64,000 bases of DNA from Paragordius varius. Taxonomy: Eukaryota; Animalia; Nematomorpha. The DNA is taken from positions 4,278,001 through 4,342,000 of the forward strand of contig OZ176050.1 in NCBI GenBank assembly GCA_964247055.1, written 5' to 3'. Below are positions 55,688 to 64,000 of the stretch, one piece after another. The position numbers and the translations under genes are program-made. The stretch's first letter is position 1; every line of letters starts with the position of its first letter. The notes beneath the pieces are model-generated. The model did no database searches and had not been told where the DNA came from. It saw only the letters and a program-made list of their open reading frames with translations.

Positions 55688-58600
55688 ATTTATTTTATAT
55701 TCAACCGTAAATAACATTTTTGATCAAAAATTTGTTAACTTGAATATGATTGATTTCAACAACCATTCTGTTTTAAGATAAAAATTTGTAAATATATTAA
55801 TATTAACTAAAATTATAGTCCCCTTATTAAGCCTTTTCTTACATCCTCATACGTAATACTATTTGGTCCATAAAATTGGGAAAATAGATAGCATGCTGTT
55901 TAATTTATAACTGTAATGTTTGATGTGTAAGTATTATGTGTTTTACAGTCATGTAGACTTTACATTATTAAAGATTTACTTTTTTTCGTTAATTGTGTAT
56001 TAATATTTGGTCTAGAATATAAAAACAAGAGCAATATGGTATTACCATATCATATTCTTTAAAAAAGTAAAAAATCAAGGGGAAGGCGTCGGAAATCTTT
56101 AGTAAAAAAATGAAAATACACTAACTACTAACCCTTCACATAAATTTGATGGATATTTTGAAATGTTAAATTTTGAGAATATTATAGCAATTTATGTTAA
56201 CATTTGAAATATTGTTGTTACGTATTTAGATGCGGAATTTTGTGGGTTTTTATCTTTAATAATTTAATAAATAGTAAAATGGGTATTTTATTTATGATTC
56301 ATAATTATCAATAATTACTATTTTTCAACATGATAAATACCTGTATTAATCGATATTGGTATTATTTTATATAGTTGTTATTAGTAATTAAAATACAGGT
56401 TATATATTTGTTAAAATTTAAGTAGATTTTGGATTGTTTTTGTTTTTATGTTATTCATTGTCAATTTTTATGTATTGACATTTTAATCAGGTAAAAATTG
56501 CGGTTTTTAAATTTAGAAAAATTTAATTTTTTTGTTTTTATTTAACATTGTTAATTGTAATTAATTACATATTGTAAACATTTTAATAATTACAGGAATT
56601 GCAGTATTTAATAAATTTAATAAAAATTGAGTTTTTGTCTTTTAGGATTTCCATTGTTATTTGTAGTTAATTTATTTGGTCATTTTAATAATTACAGGTA
56701 AAAAGCGGTTTTTAACAAATTTCAAATTTAATTTTTTTTGTATCATTGTTATTTGTTATTAATCAAATATTTTCGACATTTAAAAAACATGTGAAAATTG
56801 CGGTTTTTAATAAAATTAATAAATTTTTAATGTTTTGTTCAACCTTGCTAATTTTTCAAATGATAGTAATTTTTACCTGTATATATCAATGTATCAAAAA
56901 TATATAGTACATAATAAATTAGCGAGGTTGAACAAAACATTAAAAATTTATTAATTTTATTAAAAACCGCAATTTTCACATGTTTTTTAAATGTCGAAAA
57001 TATTTGATTAACAAATAACAATGATACAAAAAAAATTAAATTTGAAATTTGTTAAAAACCGCCATTTTTACCTGTATTTATTAAAATGACCAAATAAATT
57101 AACTACAATTAACAATGCAAATCCTAAAAAACAAAAACTCTATTTTTATTAAATTTATTAAAAACTGCAATTCCTGTAATTATTAAAATGTTTACAATAT
57201 GTAATTAATTACAATTAAAAATAAAAAAATTTGAAACCGCCATTTTTGCCTGTTTTTTTAAATTTTAAATATGTAGTAATTACAATTAACAATGCAAATC
57301 CTAAAAAACAAAAAAATTCAATTTAACTAAATTTATTAAAAACCACAATTTTCACCTGTAATTATTAAAATCACAATATGTAATTAATTACAATTAACAA
57401 TGTTAAATAAAAAACAAAAAAAATTAAATTTGTCTAAATTTAAAAACCGCAATTTTTACCTGATTAAAATGTCAATACATAAAAATTGACAATGAATAAC
57501 ATAAAAACAAAAACAATCCAAAATCTACTTAAATTTTAACAAATATATAACCTGTATTTTAATTACTAATAACAACTATATAAAATAATACCAATATCGA
57601 TTAATACAGGTATTTATCATGTTGAAAAATAGTAATTATTGATAATTATGAATCATAAATAAAATACCCATTTTACTATTTATCAAATTATTAAAGATAA
57701 AAACCACAAAATTCCGCATCTAAATACGTAACAACAATATTTCAAATGTTAACATAAATTGCTATAATATTCTCAAAATTTAACATTTCAAAATATCCAT
57801 CAAATTTATGTGAAGGGTTAGTAGTTAGTGTATTTTCATTTTTTTACTAAAGATTTCCGACGCCCTTCCCCTTGATTTTTTACTTTTTAAAGAATATGAT
57901 ATGATAATACCATATTGCTCTTGTTTTTATATTCTTTACCAAATATTAATACACAATTAACGAAAAAAAGTAAATCTTTAATAATATAAAGTCTACATGA
58001 CTGTATATGCACAACCATTTTTTAATATTATACTAAGAAAATTTTTTAATCAAATTTAATTATATTTGGATATTTGTGTAAAATTTCACACTCTTAATTA
58101 TTTCTCCAAACAGTTAGAAACAATAAAAAAATATATTTTAAACTCAAATTTAATTGGTAAAACGGATCTACCTTTTATTTTGATAAACATATTGTCAGAT
58201 ATAATATAAAATATTTTTAAATGGCTATCACAGTTGAAGGCCATCAAAACATGGTTATTATCGGACAATTGGACCACAAAACTATCATATGTTTCCAAGG
58301 TCGGTGTCATTACTATGAAGGTATACCACTTTGGAAGGTAAATAAATTATTTTATTTTTTTTTGGCCTATAGATATAATTATGGAGAAAAGATATTCACA
58401 GCATACACACTTCATAAAGCAAAAATTAGAATTCTTTCTGATACTTTCTATCAACTCAGCTTTAAGTTAAGTTTTATCCGCATTAATCGTATAAAATAAA
58501 GTTAAAAAATGCCATATTTTTGGGTCCTTTTTCGGGAATCAAATGTAGGGCTGTAGCATATAATCTAGTTCTAGACCATCAAATGTATGTATCAAATTAT

Positions 58601-61037
58601 ATTTTCCTTCGCATACACGTAAAAACCCTAAATGCGATATTAGACCAATTTAAAATAAAAAAACGTTTGCACCTTATTAAATATATTATTTTTACGTTAT
58701 GTTTCATGGAAAACTACCACTGTTATTAATTTAAATCGTAAATAATCAAATAAACATAATTAAGTTTAAATGACCCTATTAATTATAAAAAGACTTAATT
58801 TTATAAATGAATGATTTGTTTAAAGGTCACATTTCCCGTAAGAGTTATGAAATTACTTGGAGTGTCAACGCTCATATTGACAAACAGTGCCGGAGGCGTA
58901 AACCCCGACTTCAAAACAGGTGATATCATGGTCATCAATGATCACATTAATATGTTGGGCGTCAGTGGAAAAACGCCCTTACGCGGCCCCAATCATTCTG
59001 GGTATGATTATGGGATAAAGTTTTTAGCTTTATTAAGTTTAGTTAATCAATTAATGATTTGGATAGTTTAAATTGGGTTAAGAGTGTCAATTTTTCACCA
59101 AGAGTATGGATTTTAAAAATTTAATTTTAAAAATTACAATCTAAATTTATGTCCTATTCTAATCAAATTAAATGCGCGATTGGATTTAAGAACATGTTAT
59201 TTATATGCAAGTCTAGCTATTCTTTTTAACCATCCTTACCCTATTTAAAATTACCATATTTGTTAAAATATAAAAATACTGATTAAGGATTGTTTCATTA
59301 TGCAGCCTATAAGTAGCGAATCACTTACAATTTCTTGCCGAAATGTACAGTATGATTACACATTGCTATTATTTTATTGAATTTCGCCACACAATATATA
59401 CAGCGCCTCATATTGTAAAGAAAAAGCGAAAAAATAATTATTTTTTGTTTTTTTATGCTATCTGGCAATAATTAAAAAAACTATGTATACTTACTAATAC
59501 TGTAATTATGATCTTTCAGCACCCTAATATGTGTTCTATCACAAGCCTAAGGTCTAAATTATCATTGATTAGGGTGTAACCGTAACTTCCACATAAAACC
59601 CAATCAAATATGATAATTAAAAAATAAAATAATATTTTTTAATTTTAGATATTTATTTTATGATTAATGATTGGAATATTGTAAAAAAAGCGGCAAACTG
59701 ATTTTAAATAATTAATAATAATAATCATTTATAGACGTGTTTTTACCCGAATATGGTAAAAATGAACTAGTTTTTCAACAGACGAATGTAATTTATATAT
59801 AGTTATGGGACTCGCTTTCCATCCATGGAGAATTGCTATGATATCCAGCTTCGCATCAAATGTAGGGATATTTTTGCTTCATTAAGCCTTAGCCACATCT
59901 ACAGACAAGGTGTGTATGCTTGTGTTTCTGGTCCCAGCTATGAAACTATTTCTGAACTGCGTATGTTACGAATGGTCGGTGCAGATTCTGTAGGTAAGAA
60001 AAAATACTAACGGAAATGACAATTTAAAGATATGTTACATTTTAAATTCATTCATTAATTTATATTTTTAAAAGGTAATTTATCAAAACATATTTCGGAA
60101 ACAAAAATTTAACACAAAGACAAAATAGTGAGAAAAAACTAAATTTTTGACGATTCAATTTAACACTTCGATTCAAATTGGGGTATCTAAATACCCCAGA
60201 CTCAATTTGAGTTAGGATTTTTAAAAAACTACTGAAGGAATCGGTCCCAATTTAAATTTATGCTTCTATCCTAATTAAAATTATATAAATATGCCAAAAT
60301 ATCTAAATAAAATTTTGTTTTGAAAAAAAAGTTCCATGTCAAACTACTTCGACGCCATTTTTATTTTGCAAAATTTTTGCAAAATATCGTCTTCATTTAA
60401 TTTTAAGGATAAAAGTAAAGCTTATTTTTTATTTAAATTACATTTAACATTGAGAGAAATAGAAAAAGCGGTTTATTTTGTATTATTTTTCAATTTTACC
60501 ATTGCACACATGTCACGTTGACTAAATTTTTACTTTTCGGTTTTAGCTTAAAATAAGTAATATCAAGTATTTTTGAATAAATTTTTTTATATATTTCCTT
60601 TTATTAATGTTATATAAGTGCAAAGTTTTGCCAAAGTTTCGATTCCTTCCATATTTTTTAAAGAATTTAATTTTAAACAGGTCTGGGGTATTTAACTACC
60701 CCAATTTGAATCGAAGGATTAAAATGAATGTGTTGTATCCAAGTGTTAAAAGTCTCTATGGTAAATGCTATTATTTTACAATTTACATTTTAACTTACTA
60801 CTTCAAGGTATGAGCACGGCCCATGAAACCATAGTTGGTCGCCATTGTGGCATGTCAATTTGTGGACTGAGTTTAATTTCCAACACCATAGATTTAACAA
60901 ATTACAAGATAGAGGATTATGGGAATGGAAAATGTACTAATGGACATGAAATCAATCATGAGGAAGTTTTACTATCCGCCAAAGAGAGTGTATCAAATAT
61001 CGCAAACGTAATTAAACATCTTATTGCAGCATTGTAA
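54849..61037 (+). CDS. PNP: Purine nucleoside phosphorylase (trimeric, 6-oxopurine type), 6 exons, 335 aa
   Basis: Exons 54849-54877, 55362-55639, 58234-58337, 58826-59001, 59803-59993, 60808-61037 total 1008 nt. Motifs: [49 protein letters not shown]. Exon 1 is the least certain. Confidence 0.95.
55946..58003. mobile_element. Foldback-type element: ~0.9-kb inverted arms with ~100-bp internal subrepeats, TA-flanked
   Basis: TA|CAGTCATGTAGAC...GTCTACATGACTG|TA; left arm 55946-56854, spacer about 60 bp, right arm 56916-58003, with only scattered mismatches. Confidence 0.9.
60164..60745. mobile_element. MITE family A, copy 4 (PNP intron 5)
   Basis: TTAA|CACTTCGATTCAAATTGGGGTA...GTATCCAAGTG|TTAA. 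Confidence 0.88.
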
Positions 61038-62564
61038 TACATTTTTTTTCGTTTAAATTTTTGCATGCTATCCATATTGCGCTCGAAAATTATTAGTATA
61101 CTTACATATTTCCATATATATACATAAATAAATTTTTTTTAAAAATTAATATATTTATCATTTTAATTGAGGGCAATTTAAGCCCAAAACGATTAAACTG
61201 AGCGGTCGGCTCTAAGGTAAAAACAGCACCGAAACGTGAAGTGCGTGCGCCGATTAATCATTAAAGCTAGTGTAAGAAAAATTTGGAGATTATCATATTT
61301 TTTGATTTACACTTCGTTTAAAAAGTTAAAATACTAGTGTTTTACCCCAGATATATATAAGTTAAATGCATTACATAACTTTAAAATATATCTCTAAAGA
61401 AGCACTCCTTTTTAAAATTATTTAACTTCTACTGTTTGTTAAAAAAACTTAAATTCAATTGAACAAACAGCTGATTTTTAATAATAGTGATTGTAATTGG
61501 CAAAATTAATTATCTGGCAAAAAAGAAAATATACTTAAGGACATAATGTTTAAGAAATAATTTTTTATACTTAAAAAGTCAATACGCTTGTCCTAGAATG
61601 CATTTTTGAATACATCAATTTGCCTCAGACATATATATTAAATCGAGGAGTTTTAAAACGTTACAACTGAAAGACGTCATCCTAGGATAAATGAGAATAA
61701 CCTGGTTATAAAGTAGGTTAGTCATCCTAATCAAATGATCAAAAATGCAGATTGAAATAGCAAAATAATTAGTAAAATATATTTTCAACAAAAAATAAAA
61801 TAATTTTTCTTAAAATATAACATAACACTATACTTTCTTGTTTTTCAAAGGCAATTAATGAAAATTATTTCTGATGGTTTTAATAAAATATTCAAGGTTC
61901 TGTATGTTTCAAAAAAAACTAAAATGACATGGTATCATAATGAGATTTTGTTTATTTTTGCTTCGGCAATCATAAATGAGTTAATCGACAGGAACAAAAA
62001 TAGCATATGCGTTTGCTATAACCCAAACAAAATAAAATTGAAACTTTAAATTGGTCCGATTAATTATGAAAACATATAGTTTAGATTTACCCTCAAAGCT
62101 TCCCTTCGCCATTAAAAATTTTAAATTTACCTTTGAACATTTCGAGTTTCCCTGTGCTAAAACAAAAAATTTAATTACGATGATTTTTGATATATTTATC
62201 ATTTTTTCTACCTATTCCTTACTTGTGTAAATTAATAACCAAAAATATAAATTTATTTTTTTTAAAAAATATTTATTAAAAAATACTATATAGAGTAATA
62301 AAACAGAATAAAGGATAAATAATGTCAAAAACAAACAGTTAATAACAATTATAATAGATCACAAAAACATATTATTCATGGAAGTATTTGAAATGTGAAA
62401 GATTTAGTTTAAACTGAAGAACAGGAAATTAGTGATTTTAGAATTTAATTTGAAATGTTTTTGATACATAGTGATTCAATATTCTTATGTATACATATTT
62501 TGTGTTTTAGTAACATATCCACAAATGGTTGAACACTTCATCACCTTTAATAGCACCATAGTAA

Positions 62565-63609
62565 TCTATATATTTATAAAAATGGAAAATGCTGGCTTTG
62601 TGATCTGGAATCGGAAAACCGGCCCATTCGCATCCAAACTTCGAAAATATATAATCATTAATGAATGCCCCGACAATAGCTTCACCCTTTTTTGAAATAG
62701 GCCCCCAGTTCGGGCCCACCACGTGTGAAAAACGGGTTTTTTTGAAAACAGAAGTCCACAAAAATCGTGTCTTTGAGACAATTTTCCGTAGAACGTGTTG
62801 GACCATTCAATTTCAAATATGATTTTTGTTTACTTATATTGCGCCGAACATAGTGGTCTCGCTTTTTTAATTTAGGCCCTCTTTTTACCCGCTCCCCCGT
62901 AAAATGCCATTTTTTTCAAAAAACAAAGTCCACAAAAATAATTTTTTAAATCTATTATTCGCTCTAGGTATGAGACCGTAAAAATTCAATATGGATTCCA
63001 CGTATTCCCTGTTGAAAGGCAAAAATATTAGTCAAGCGTTTCTTTGATGATAGCTTCTGGGTAGGGAGCTACCCGCTAAAAACTATTCCTCATGTAACTT
63101 TGTGATCTATTTCCGGAAAACCGGTGAACCCAATCAAATCCAAATATCGAAAAAATATAATCATTAATAAATGTCCCGACAATAGCTTCGCCCTTTTTTG
63201 GAATTAAGTCCCCAGTTCGGGCCTACCTCGTGTAAAAAACAGTTTAAGACATTTTTCCGGAGAACGTGTTGGACCATTTTTTGTTTACTTATTTTTTATC
63301 GCGCTGAACATAGTCGACTCACTTTTTTGATTTAGGCCCTCATTTTACCCGCTACCCTAGTAAAATGCCATTTTCTTCAAAAAAAACAAAGTCCACAATT
63401 ATAATTTTTTTAATCTATTTTTCCCCCAAGTAAACAATATATTAGTATGAATGCACCGTTTTAAAATTCCTATATAATCATATTTAATAATGTTTCGAAA
63501 TAATCCACATATGTGGATCATTTTATTGTCCCTTATTTCAAATAGCTCCCCCCCCCCAGAAGTGCGAAGGACTTCCTCGTGCTGCGTAGTAGCACGAGAT
63601 TTACGCTAG
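62565..63609 (+). mobile_element. Complete non-autonomous Helitron (1045 bp)
   Basis: Begins A|TCTATATATTTATAAAAATGG; ends with hairpin CTCGTGCT-GCGTAGT-AGCACGAG (63576-63598), then CTAG|T; no target duplication; internal direct duplication of about 62600-62950 at about 63105-63410. Confidence 0.85.
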
Positions 63610-64000
63610 TTTTAATATATATTTATCATAATTTATGTTTCCCCCGATTTTGTGTGCAATGTAACCCTAATTATATAAAATATTTGTTTACGAAAAATAT
63701 TATAAACCTCGGTGATATTTTTTAAAATAACTTTTGGCGAAAATCTGTTGATTTTAACGCTAAATTCAATTATTTATATGGAAAATTAATCTATACAAAT
63801 TGTTTAACACTTCATTACCTTTCACCCTTTTGTGGGCGATGACATATTTGGGTGGTTTTATAAACTATTGTTTTGAAAGTTGTTTTAGCTAAAATTCAAT
63901 TATTAAAAACTTTTTTCTTCTGTATTAGATTAAAAGCTTTTATATTTTACATGTCTAATATCTAGAGTCTAAAGTTGGGACAACTCTAAAACACAATTGA

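Overview
Very AT-rich (roughly a quarter GC by eye) animal genomic DNA with spliceosomal introns; no prokaryotic features, RNA genes or CRISPR arrays were found. The species cannot be determined from the sequence alone. I reconstructed seven protein-coding genes by hand: a miniature RASSF7/8-like gene (-, 157-827) head-to-head with NOM1 (+, 874-7691); Nkx6 (-, 16016-21339) with about 12.8 kb of apparently gene-free upstream DNA; an intronless LRR gene (-, 34135-34860); TMEM245 (-, 36587-45723), which carries an intronless rhodopsin-class GPCR (-, 37999-39183) nested on the same strand in one intron; and purine nucleoside phosphorylase (+, 54849-61037). The non-coding DNA holds many non-autonomous DNA elements: a TTAA-flanked MITE (4 copies), TA-flanked MITEs, hAT MITEs and a decayed hAT transposase, a Helitron family, and a 2.06-kb foldback palindrome in a PNP intron. 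The most unusual signal is the intron architecture: at least four, probably five, GT-AG introns of only 22-28 nt are needed to build conserved proteins, in genes that also have kilobase TE-filled introns. Protein identifications rest on my recollection of family sequences, not on database searches.
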